From an uncultured Spirochaetales bacterium (GTDB lineage Bacteria > Spirochaetota > Spirochaetia > CAYLLE01): a stretch of 64,000 bases of DNA. Made by a program: the position numbers and the translations under genes. Numbering within the stretch: position 1 is the stretch's first letter; every line of letters starts with the position of its first letter. This document shows, piece after piece, positions 8,846-17,157 of this stretch. The notes under the pieces were generated by a model. The model did not search any database, was not told where the DNA came from, and saw nothing but the letters and a program-made list of their open reading frames with translations. The stretch lies in NCBI GenBank assembly GCA_964384485.1, contig CAYLLE010000004.1, forward strand, positions 7,379 through 71,378, in the 5' to 3' direction.

Positions 8846-9994
8846 TTAAAACTCCGTGCGTATTCCTATGTAGCCCTGAATCAGACCCTCGGCTTCAAAG
8901 GGTAATATTCTGCTTTTGAATTTTAAATCAAAAATGACTCCGTTTGTGGCAAGACTGTAAAAGGGAGCAACACTTATTTCAAGCTGGTTATCACTATACG
9001 GGTTAATGCGGATTGTATTTTCGATTCCGCCGCTCATTGTCTGTTCGCAGAGGTTGCCCAGGATAAACTTTGTGTTGATATCCATAGTACCCTCCTCCCC
9101 GGTGGGGGTCAGAAGGAAATATTCGGGATGCCAGAACAGAGTTAGACTGATAGTTAGTAATCCCAGATTCACCCGGGGTTCAAAAAGGAAGAAGAAGTGA
9201 TTAATGTTAAATGACGGATCAACGCCCGGGTCCCAGCGGGGAATTCCTATCTGAGTAAGGAATTCTCCCCCTTTTTCGGTAGAGTAGTAGAGGAGGAGAC
9301 CCATCCGGTAAAGACCGGCAGCGGAAGCGGGAAAAGAGGCTCCTATGTACGTTTCCATCTTAAACCGTTTAAAATTGAACAAACCCCTTAGATCTGCCGA
9401 AAATATCCCGGGACCGATATAACCGTCCTGATATAAGGCTGCGGAACCGTAAAACCAGTCGGTCAGTTCATTCGTTTCAAATTGCAGCCCCGTCCCGGCC
9501 GGTACATGGAGTCCTTTATAATCGGTATCGTCAGGATAATACATGTATCCGAGAAAATCGGTGGCGATAGGTTTGGTCCCGAAAATCCGCGAGAAATCTG
9601 TTCCTGAGACAACCGGACCTAATGTTCCGGTAAAATAGGTAAGATTCACCGGCAGACCAAACATGTCTCTGACGAGAACCTGAACTGATTTTAGAGATAT
9701 CACACTACCCAGATAGCTCTTTATACCGTCCACTGTAGTTATACCATCCAGGGAGCCTCCGGTCAGATCTAAGCTGGATTCAGCCAGGGAAAATGAAAGT
9801 TTTCCGCCGAATTTGTATCCCCCTTCGATCAGCATATCGATATCACCGTAGGTTGAAAGGATAAAGGAACCGTCTTCTATTCTGCCGTGGGTAACCATTT
9901 CAAATTCCGGGATTGAAATGTTTGCTCCTGATGCGAGAAAGGGTACAAAGAGCATGATAAACAATAAAATAACCACTATTTTCCTTAGTCTCAT
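8846..9994 (-). CDS. hypothetical secreted protein, probable outer-membrane beta-barrel
   Basis: It has a signal peptide (MRLRKIVVILLFIMLFVPFLASGA) and a beta-strand-like periodicity. The C-terminal residue is Phe (..IGIRTEF), as in many BAM substrates. ATG 9994 is preceded by AAGGCGGA; the track starts at TTG 10015. Confidence 0.45.
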   Translation of the reverse strand: MRLRKIVVILLFIMLFVPFLASGANISIPEFEMVTHGRIEDGSFILSTYGDIDMLIEGGYKFGGKLSFSLAESSLDLTGGSLDGITTVDGIKSYLGSVISLKSVQVLVRDMFGLPVNLTYFTGTLGPVVSGTDFSRIFGTKPIATDFLGYMYYPDDTDYKGLHVPAGTGLQFETNELTDWFYGSAALYQDGYIGPGIFSADLRGLFNFKRFKMETYIGASFPASAAGLYRMGLLLYYSTEKGGEFLTQIGIPRWDPGVDPSFNINHFFFLFEPRVNLGLLTISLTLFWHPEYFLLTPTGEEGTMDINTKFILGNLCEQTMSGGIENTIRINPYSDNQLEISVAPFYSLATNGVIFDLKFKSRILPFEAEGLIQGYIGIRTEF

Positions 9995-10119
9995 TCTTTT
10001 CCGCCTTATTAGCAATTGTAGTATGGTACACCATAAAAAACAAACATCTCCTTCTATATATCGAGCAAAAAGCAGAAGACCTTGAAACCTGAAACTGAAT
10101 GAAAAGGGTATTAATTTAC

Positions 10120-10146
10120 TTGACTTATAGGTACTGAATGTATAAG
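10120..10146 (+). promoter_or_regulatory. candidate sigma70 promoter of the che operon
   Basis: TTGACT (10120-10125) and TATAAG (10141-10146) are separated by only 15 nt. The 5' UTR would be very short and there is no Shine-Dalgarno before ATG 10160. The call is weak. Confidence 0.3.
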
Positions 10147-10159
10147 ACTAAAATTTATA

Positions 10160-12484
10160 ATGAGTGATTATCTTGATCCCAACAATGAAGAATTATTGAA
10201 AGACTTCTTTTCTGAAGCTCAAATGCAGGTGGACATCCTCGAACAAAATATTCTGGTTCTGGAGAACAATCCTTCCAGCCAGGATGCCGTTGACGAGATA
10301 TTCAGGGCGGCTCACACCCTGAAAGGGGCTTCCGCTACAGTTCAAATGACTGAGCTGACCGAATTCACCCATGTTCTCGAGGATACCCTGGATGAAATCA
10401 GGAGCGGCACTGTTACCGTTACTCCGCCGACTGTGGATATCCTGCTCAATTCCATTGATGTCATCAAGAATATGCTTGATGCAAGATCTTCCGGAGATGT
10501 GTTCTCGGAGGACGTTTCCGACCTAAAGGAAGATCTGAAAAACCTTACAGCAGAAAAGGCGGCTGAACCATCCTCAAAACCTCTGAAGAAGGTCCCGGAA
10601 AAAGCAGCGGCAAAGGACTCATCTGCCCCGTCAGAAAAAGCACTTACAGAATACGAAATCCTGGAAATGCAGGAAGCAGCGGAAGACAACGAAAGCATCT
10701 TTTCGGTAGCGGTTTCATTTGATGAAGCCAACCCGATGAATACCGTCGGCGGAATCCAGGTTTTTGCCGCGCTGAAAGAAGCCGGAAATATTCTTAAAAC
10801 TGATCCGGAATTCGATGTACTTTACGAGGATAATTTTATTCCCCAGGTGTACTATTACCTGGCCTCTTCCGGACCCGCCGGAGATATCGAAGCCCTGCTC
10901 GATATGCCGGACGTTATTACCGGTGTGGAAGTCCGGGAGCTTGGAAAAAAGACAAAAGAAAAAAAAGCGCCGGAGAAAAAAGAATCCGAAAAGCCGGTTG
11001 AAGATCCACTGAAGGAAGAGCAAGAAAAAAAAGAAGCAGAAAAAGATAAAAAGGCGCCCCGATCCAAAGAGGAAGAGACGAAAAAACATTCTCCCGTCGG
11101 CTCGGTTCTCAGAGTCGACAGCAGAAGGATCGATAATCTTCTTAATCTGGTAAGCGAAGCCGTCATAAATAAGGCCACCTTTAATCAGGTGAACAGTCAG
11201 TTTACCGACAGTCTGATCAACCTTCAGGAAACGGAAGAAAAATTCCGCGAAAGGGTCAGACAGCTTTTTGATTCTCTGCCGGACCATCTGGAAAAAATCC
11301 AGCGGGGAAAAACCGTAAAAGAAGTCAGGAAAGAAATAAATGATCAATATAGTGATCTGGTGGACATCCTGGACCCCTTTGAAGGTCAGTTTAAGGGTGC
11401 TGTAACAAAATTCCGCACTACAACGCAGAATTTAGACCGGATTACCGGAGATATGCAGGAAGCCGTGATGAGGATTCGGATGGTTCCGATATCCCAAATC
11501 TTTTCCCGGTTTCCCCGGCTTGTACGGGATCTTTCCCGCTCGCTGCAGAAAAAGGTTAATCTCAAGATAGAAGGAGAAGACACGGAACTTGATAAATCCG
11601 TAATAGAAGATCTCTTAGATCCACTTATCCATTGTGTGAGAAATTCGATTGACCATGGTATAGAAGTTCCTTCGGAAAGAAAATCAGCCGGTAAACATGA
11701 GGTGGGAAATATTCTCCTTAAGGCAAGTAATGAGGGTAATATGATCCTCATTGAGATATCCGATGACGGTAAAGGTATTGATGTGGATGCTGTTCGGAAA
11801 AAAGCGGTTGACCGCGGGTTGATCCATCCTAACAAAGCGCTTTCCGATATTGAAGCATTCAACCTTATCTTTGATCCCGGTTTCTCCACAGCCAAAAGGG
11901 TTACTGATATTTCGGGAAGGGGAGTGGGCCTTGACGTTGTCAAAAAGAAAATCGAAAAACTGAACGGAAGCGTTACAATCTGGTCCGAAAAAAATAAAGG
12001 CACCAAATTCACGATCAAAATTCCTCTGACCCTGGCTATTATTCAGGGACTTATGGTAAGAGTCGGTAAAGAGCTTTACGCGATTCCCATCACCTCTGTA
12101 CTGGACAGCCACCGAATTAAACCCTCGGAGATTAAAATGATTGATAATTACGAGGTCTTTAATGTACGGGAGGATGTTATCTCCCTATTACGGTTGAACC
12201 GGCTGTTCAAGATTCCGACAGACGAACAAAAAGATTACCACTTTGTAGTGGTGGTGGGCAGCGGCGATAAAAAAATGGGGTTAATTGTAGATTCATTGAT
12301 TGGAGAAGAAGATGTCGTAATCAAACCGCTCCGTGATCATTACACGAACGCCCCGGGAATCGCCGGCGCAAACATCACAGGTGACGGAACGGTTTCACTT
12401 ATAATCGATGTCAGCCAGCTTCTTGATCTGAGTCTGCGGCAGGAAATTGAATACCGGCGGAAGCGGGAAGCGACGATAAAATAG
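10160..12484 (+). CDS. cheA: chemotaxis histidine kinase CheA
   Basis: The domains found are an Hpt (P1) domain with FRAAHTLKGASA, a dimerisation domain, an HATPase region (HCVRNSIDHG, DDGKGID, GRGVGLDVV) and a C-terminal CheW-like P5 domain. Confidence 0.92.
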   Translation: MSDYLDPNNEELLKDFFSEAQMQVDILEQNILVLENNPSSQDAVDEIFRAAHTLKGASATVQMTELTEFTHVLEDTLDEIRSGTVTVTPPTVDILLNSIDVIKNMLDARSSGDVFSEDVSDLKEDLKNLTAEKAAEPSSKPLKKVPEKAAAKDSSAPSEKALTEYEILEMQEAAEDNESIFSVAVSFDEANPMNTVGGIQVFAALKEAGNILKTDPEFDVLYEDNFIPQVYYYLASSGPAGDIEALLDMPDVITGVEVRELGKKTKEKKAPEKKESEKPVEDPLKEEQEKKEAEKDKKAPRSKEEETKKHSPVGSVLRVDSRRIDNLLNLVSEAVINKATFNQVNSQFTDSLINLQETEEKFRERVRQLFDSLPDHLEKIQRGKTVKEVRKEINDQYSDLVDILDPFEGQFKGAVTKFRTTTQNLDRITGDMQEAVMRIRMVPISQIFSRFPRLVRDLSRSLQKKVNLKIEGEDTELDKSVIEDLLDPLIHCVRNSIDHGIEVPSERKSAGKHEVGNILLKASNEGNMILIEISDDGKGIDVDAVRKKAVDRGLIHPNKALSDIEAFNLIFDPGFSTAKRVTDISGRGVGLDVVKKKIEKLNGSVTIWSEKNKGTKFTIKIPLTLAIIQGLMVRVGKELYAIPITSVLDSHRIKPSEIKMIDNYEVFNVREDVISLLRLNRLFKIPTDEQKDYHFVVVVGSGDKKMGLIVDSLIGEEDVVIKPLRDHYTNAPGIAGANITGDGTVSLIIDVSQLLDLSLRQEIEYRRKREATIK

Positions 12485-12506
12485 CAGTAAGACGAGGAGA
12501 TCATTG

Positions 12507-13847
12507 ATGGAAACCGGGACGAGAAAGAAAAGACGACGGATGTCATACCGGGATAATGAAAACGAAAATGAACACGCGGCGATCATAGATTTTAAGATGG
12601 TAACCTTTTCTCTCGGCGGAAAAGATTACGGTATCGACATCATGAAAGTCAGCGAAATCGCAAAATTTGAGAAGTACACCTACGTTCCCAATACACTGCC
12701 TTTTGTTACCGGTGTATATAATCTGCGAAGTGATATTATCTCCCTCATCGACCTGCGCAAGATGTTTAATCTTCCCATACCTGAAAAAAACTCGGACGGG
12801 GCCGAAAACGGTTTAATTCTCCGGCTTGATAACAATATGATCGGAATCATTGTCGACTCCATCGATAAAGTAGTCGGGATCTCTTCCGAATCAATTCAGC
12901 CGCCTCATCCGATATTCGGTGATATCAATATAAAGTATATAAGCGGTGTTGTTGAAAATGACAGCCGGCTCTACATTATCCTGGACGTCGAAAAGATCTT
13001 CCAGAAAGATGAAGCACCACCTGCTCACCACGAGCCGGTAAAAGAAATTTCGGACAGTTCTCCGGCTGAACTTGGAGAACTTGAACCTTATGATTCGACG
13101 GCCCCTAGTGATCTCACTTTCGTAAAAGAGACGTTAAAAACATTTTCATCATTTTATACGACTCCAATAAATGAGCAGTGGGTAGAAGCACGGTTCAGCG
13201 AATGGTCCGAAAAGCGGCAAGAACAGAAAAGATCTGTTCAGCTGGAGAGTAAGGAAGATGGAGAAGCTTTTTTGGCACCCTTCTATTCTCCTTTTTCCGG
13301 AACTTTCTGGAACGATGAATATATTGATAAGTTTTTTTCCCTCGAAACATCAGGTTCCGCATCGAACGGGCCGGTTTTTATATGGAATCCCGGATGCGGA
13401 CAGGGTTATGAGGCCTATTCTGTTACGGCAGGTTTCCTGAAAAGAAATCCCGAAGCGAAGCTGAAAGTCTGGGCAAGTGACAATGATTTGCTCGCAATTT
13501 CTAACGCTCCGAATCTTGTCATTTCCGGTGAAGGAATGCCGGATTATCTTTCTCCCTTTGTAGCTGAAAACAAAAACGGCTTTACCCTTGGCGAAGAGCT
13601 TAAGGATCGGATTCTCTTTGAATACCACGATGTACTGCATGCCAATACAGTACCGGAAGTGGATATTATACTGTGTAGAGATCTGTTATCATTTCTAAAA
13701 CCTGAAGATCAGATGAAAATAATTGAAGAATTTGCTGAAAAGCTGAAATCCGGCGGGATACTGTGTATCGGAAACAATGAACAAGCCCCTCTGGAAGGTA
13801 TGGAGCGGGTAAACAATAGCTCCTTTTCAGCATATCGGAAACTGTAA
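12507..13847 (+). CDS. cheW: CheW domain fused to a CheR-like methyltransferase-fold domain
   Basis: The N-terminal CheW domain reads VTFSLGGKDYGIDIMKVSEI..IIVDSIDKV. The C-terminal region has a CheR-type SAM-fold signature (IWNPGCGQGYEAYS, ILCRDLLSFL). AGGAG lies 7 nt before ATG 12507. Confidence 0.8.
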   Translation: METGTRKKRRRMSYRDNENENEHAAIIDFKMVTFSLGGKDYGIDIMKVSEIAKFEKYTYVPNTLPFVTGVYNLRSDIISLIDLRKMFNLPIPEKNSDGAENGLILRLDNNMIGIIVDSIDKVVGISSESIQPPHPIFGDINIKYISGVVENDSRLYIILDVEKIFQKDEAPPAHHEPVKEISDSSPAELGELEPYDSTAPSDLTFVKETLKTFSSFYTTPINEQWVEARFSEWSEKRQEQKRSVQLESKEDGEAFLAPFYSPFSGTFWNDEYIDKFFSLETSGSASNGPVFIWNPGCGQGYEAYSVTAGFLKRNPEAKLKVWASDNDLLAISNAPNLVISGEGMPDYLSPFVAENKNGFTLGEELKDRILFEYHDVLHANTVPEVDIILCRDLLSFLKPEDQMKIIEEFAEKLKSGGILCIGNNEQAPLEGMERVNNSSFSAYRKL

Positions 13848-13874
13848 TATTATGACCATGGAGGAGCCGAACCA

Positions 13875-14339
13875 ATGAGAGTAGAATACATCAATCCATT
13901 CGTTGAATCCGCATACGGGGTATTAAAAGAAGTCTTAAATACAGAGGTAAACAGGGGGGAACTCTATTTAAAATCAACTTCAATGCCTGTACTCGGTGTC
14001 GCCGCTATTGTCGGACTGGCAGGGGATGTGGAAGGACGGGTTCTGATTGATATGACGAATCAAACAGCCGTAAAGATTGCTTCAAAAATGAACGGCGAAG
14101 AACTGTCTTCCCTTGATGACCTGGCCAAGGCAACGATAACTGAACTGGCCAATATGATTACCGCCCAGGCGGTAACGAAGCTGCATGACCAGGGGTTTAA
14201 ATTTGATCTTACACCCCCGGCCATTTTTACCGGTGAAAATATGGAAATTTCGAACCAAGGGGTGGAAGCACTTATTGTTCCGATGGAACTGCCCCAAGGT
14301 AAAATAGAAATAAACGTAGCGATACGGGAACGGACATAG
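13875..14339 (+). CDS. cheX: CheX/CheC-family CheY-P phosphatase
   Basis: The protein is 154 aa and starts MRVEYINPFVES. It carries an E-x2-N ... P phosphatase-type motif (TELANMI...TPP). It sits between cheW and cheY, as in spirochete che operons. Confidence 0.75.
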   Translation: MRVEYINPFVESAYGVLKEVLNTEVNRGELYLKSTSMPVLGVAAIVGLAGDVEGRVLIDMTNQTAVKIASKMNGEELSSLDDLAKATITELANMITAQAVTKLHDQGFKFDLTPPAIFTGENMEISNQGVEALIVPMELPQGKIEINVAIRERT

Positions 14340-14350
14340 GAGGTTTCCAA

Positions 14351-14788
14351 TTGAAATCAAAGCAAGATTTTCCAAGTATCAACGAAAGAGAACCTGAAGG
14401 GTTAAAGGAAGATGGTCAGCCGTACCGGGTGCTTGTTGTTGATGATTCCATGTTTGTTACAAAACAAATCGGGCAGATTCTCACATCAGAAGGGTTTGAA
14501 ATCGTAGGAACAGCATCCGACGGGCAGGAAGGATTGGAAAAATACAAGGAATACTTTCCGAATATCGATCTTGTTACAATGGATATAACAATGCCTAAAA
14601 TGGACGGAGTCACTGCTCTGGAAAAGATACTGGAATTTGATAAAAACGCCCGTGTAGTAATGATAAGTGCTTTAGGGAAACAGGATCTAGTAAAAAAGTC
14701 TCTGCTCATCGGAGCAAAGAATTATATTGTAAAACCCCTGGATAGAAAAAAGGTATTGGAGCGGGTAATCACCTCATTGAAAAAATAG
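14351..14788 (+). CDS. cheY: chemotaxis response regulator CheY
   Basis: The receiver domain shows VLVVDDS, the phospho-acceptor context VTMDITMPKMDG, ISALG and KNYIVKP. It uses a TTG start. Confidence 0.85.
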   Translation: MKSKQDFPSINEREPEGLKEDGQPYRVLVVDDSMFVTKQIGQILTSEGFEIVGTASDGQEGLEKYKEYFPNIDLVTMDITMPKMDGVTALEKILEFDKNARVVMISALGKQDLVKKSLLIGAKNYIVKPLDRKKVLERVITSLKK

Positions 14789-14793
14789 GGACA

Positions 14794-14813
14794 CAGTAAA
14801 TCGAGAATTGCTG
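14794..14813. repeat. degenerate or collapsed REP-like unit pair (site F)
   Basis: CAGTAAATC-GAGAATTGCTG lies 6 nt after the cheY stop. It looks like the outer halves of the 7817/7891-type inverted pair joined directly. Confidence 0.4.
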
Positions 14814-14863
14814 TGAACATGGGGTTGCATAATTCTCTAATTTACGGTACATAAATCTTATCC

Positions 14864-14937
14864 GGGCGGCTAGCTCAGTTGGTTAGAGCACTTGCTCGAC
14901 ACGCAAGGGGTCACTGGTTCGAATCCAGTGTCGCCCA
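14864..14937 (+). tRNA. tRNA-Val (anticodon GAC)
   Basis: Hand-folded cloverleaf: acceptor GGGCGGC/GTCGCCC (one G-U pair), D arm GCTC-AGTTGGTTA-GAGC, anticodon stem CTTGC/GCAAG with loop TCGACAC, variable loop GGGTC, T arm ACTGG-TTCGAAT-CCAGT, discriminator A. No CCA is encoded. Confidence 0.8.
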
Positions 14938-14942
14938 GCTTT

Positions 14943-14970
14943 AAGGCGCCATTAAGGCGCCTTTTCTTTT
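14943..14970 (+). terminator. rho-independent terminator after the tRNA / che operon
   Basis: AAGGCGCC (14943-14950) pairs with GGCGCCTT (14956-14963) across a 5-nt loop, followed by TTTTCTTTT. Confidence 0.7.
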
Positions 14971-15049
14971 ATCGCTTCCTGAACGTATAATGAAACGGTT
15001 CGGTTTTTAAGACACAAGCCTGAAATCGAAAAAAAGGAGTGAAAATCGT

Positions 15050-16192
15050 ATGATTGAAATTAAGCCTGTAACTTCACGGAAACAGAAAAAGGATTTCGTC
15101 ATGTTTCCCTACCGCTTTTACCGGAAGATGAATTCTTTTCCCAATTGGGTCCCCCCGCTCCTAATGGATGAAAAAAAGATATTCCGGCCGGAAAAAGATC
15201 CGTTTTATCTCCATGCCGATATAAAACATTTTTTAGCATATGAAAACGGTGATGTAATCGGGCGGATTGCAGGTATTATTGACCATAATTACGTCTCATT
15301 CCACGGTGAAAAAACCGCTTTTTTCGGATTTTTTGAATGCAAAGATAATCAGGAAGCTGCCGCGGGTCTTGCAAAAGCGGCGGAAGAGTGGGCATTTAAT
15401 ATGGGGATGGAGAAGATGATAGGTCCGATGAATCCGAGTACCAATCACATACTGGGAGTACAGATTGACAACTTTGAAAGTCCACCGGTTATCCAGATGC
15501 CCTACAGCCCTCCGTTTTATGATTCTCTTCTGAAAGGCTGCGGATTCGAAAAAGAGAAGGATCTCTATTCATATATAATGGACACTTCCCTTCCGCTGTC
15601 CGATAAGATTGAGCGAGTTACGGAGCTGATGAAAAAGAGAAGCAAGGTTCAGCTCCGCAGAATTAACATGAAAGAATTCGATCGGCTGGGCGAAATGATC
15701 CGGGAAATCTGGAATGACGCCTGGAGTACGAACTGGGGTTTTGTCCCCTGGACCCAGGAGGAATTCAACCATTTAGCAAAAGACATGAAGCTTGTTCTTA
15801 TCCCCGATTTGGTTCTGCTGGCGGAAAACGAGGATGGTGAACCGGTAGGCTTCGCGTTTCCCATTCCCGATATCAACAGAATACTAATTAAAATGAGGGG
15901 AAGGCTTTTTCCTTTCGGCATTTTCAAACTGCTCGCGGGAAAGAACAAAATCCCGCTTCTCCGTGTGGCGGCCTTCGGGGTGAAAAAAAAGTATCAGAAT
16001 ACCGGTCTTGACGCGCTTTTCATCCATGAACTTTATACCCGGGGAGTAAAACTTGGAATAACCGGGGCCGATTTCTCCTGGATTTTGGAAGATAATCTAA
16101 ATCTGCGCAATTTACTGGAAGGATGGGGGACAACGCATTACAAAACCCATAGAATCTACGGAAAGAACCTGAACACCCTGAAAAGCGAGTAA
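15050..16192 (+). CDS. large GNAT-superfamily N-acyltransferase (about 380 aa, unknown substrate)
   Basis: It has a two-lobed GNAT-like layout (..GRIAGIIDHNY..FFGFFEC.. and a C-terminal ..VAAFGVKKKYQNTGLDALF..). AAGGAG lies before ATG 15050. It is the first gene of the lipid-like operon. Confidence 0.55.
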   Translation: MIEIKPVTSRKQKKDFVMFPYRFYRKMNSFPNWVPPLLMDEKKIFRPEKDPFYLHADIKHFLAYENGDVIGRIAGIIDHNYVSFHGEKTAFFGFFECKDNQEAAAGLAKAAEEWAFNMGMEKMIGPMNPSTNHILGVQIDNFESPPVIQMPYSPPFYDSLLKGCGFEKEKDLYSYIMDTSLPLSDKIERVTELMKKRSKVQLRRINMKEFDRLGEMIREIWNDAWSTNWGFVPWTQEEFNHLAKDMKLVLIPDLVLLAENEDGEPVGFAFPIPDINRILIKMRGRLFPFGIFKLLAGKNKIPLLRVAAFGVKKKYQNTGLDALFIHELYTRGVKLGITGADFSWILEDNLNLRNLLEGWGTTHYKTHRIYGKNLNTLKSE

Positions 16193-16195
16193 TTT

Positions 16196-17131
16196 ATGGC
16201 TAAAATATGTTTTTTATTTCCCGGTCAGGGAGCACAGTATCCCGGTATGGGAAAGGACCTTTGGGAATCCCATGGCCGGATCAAAGAGATTTTTGAAGCA
16301 GCCTCAGATATAAGCGGCAAAGATTTAAAATCCCTGATCTTCCAGGGTGACGAATCCGAATTGAAAAAAACCGAAAACACCCAGATAGCTGTAACGGCGG
16401 TAAATATTGCCGCCGCTGAAGCATCGGTTTCGGCAGGAATGATACCTCAGGGATGCGCCGGGTTCAGCTTGGGTGAATATTCAGCACTTTATCAATCAGG
16501 AGTTCTCACCTTAACTGATGTGTTCACCCTGGTACATAAAAGGGGAGAAGTGATGCAAAAAGCCTCTCGGTCTCTGGAAAATCCTGGTATGACCGCGGTT
16601 ATTGGTCTCTCCGGAGATGAAGTCGGGGAAGTCATTTCCGCGGGCGGATACAATAATGTCTTTACGGCTAATTTTAACAGTCCCATACAGACCGTTATTG
16701 CCGGAAAGGGGATCGAGCTTGACAGGATCGAAAAAGAGCTCGAAAACGCCGGGGCCATGAAGATTGTACGCCTAAAGGTTTCCGGTGCGTTTCATTCCCC
16801 CTTGATGCAGCAGGGGGCTGATGAGTTTAGGGATATTATTGCCCCGTTCCGATTTTCCGATCCGACCTTAAACCTCTATTCAAATGTTACCGGCGGAAGA
16901 ATTACATCCGGAAAAGACGCAAAGGAACTATGTGTAAAGCAGATCATTTCACCAGTGTTGTGGGTTGATGAGGAACAGTCAATTATTGATGACGGCTTTG
17001 ACTTTCCTGTGGAAACAGGTCCGGGAAAGGTACTCTGCGGGTTATGGAAGTCCTTTAACAAAAAAATCCGCTGCTATCCAGCTGGTTCCATGGATGACAT
17101 TAACGCCGCGCTCGCAATATCAGAACAGTAA
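16196..17131 (+). CDS. fabD: malonyl-CoA:ACP transacylase
   Basis: FLFPGQGAQYPGMG, the active-site GFSLGEYSAL and VSGAFHSPLM are present. Confidence 0.9.
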   Translation: MAKICFLFPGQGAQYPGMGKDLWESHGRIKEIFEAASDISGKDLKSLIFQGDESELKKTENTQIAVTAVNIAAAEASVSAGMIPQGCAGFSLGEYSALYQSGVLTLTDVFTLVHKRGEVMQKASRSLENPGMTAVIGLSGDEVGEVISAGGYNNVFTANFNSPIQTVIAGKGIELDRIEKELENAGAMKIVRLKVSGAFHSPLMQQGADEFRDIIAPFRFSDPTLNLYSNVTGGRITSGKDAKELCVKQIISPVLWVDEEQSIIDDGFDFPVETGPGKVLCGLWKSFNKKIRCYPAGSMDDINAALAISEQ

Positions 17132-17157
17132 ACATAGAGAAGGAGATTTTTGGTTAA

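Noticed and set aside
10342-11347. Three long minus-strand ORFs (129, 210 and 107 aa) lie inside cheA.
   Set aside because: They are antisense to the A/G-rich Lys/Glu linker of CheA and translate to Phe/Leu/Ser-rich low-complexity strings. They are compositional artefacts.
14943-14963. AAGGCGCC is directly repeated after the tRNA.
   Set aside because: GGCGCC is self-complementary, so the apparent direct repeat is simply the two arms of an ordinary terminator hairpin followed by a T-run.
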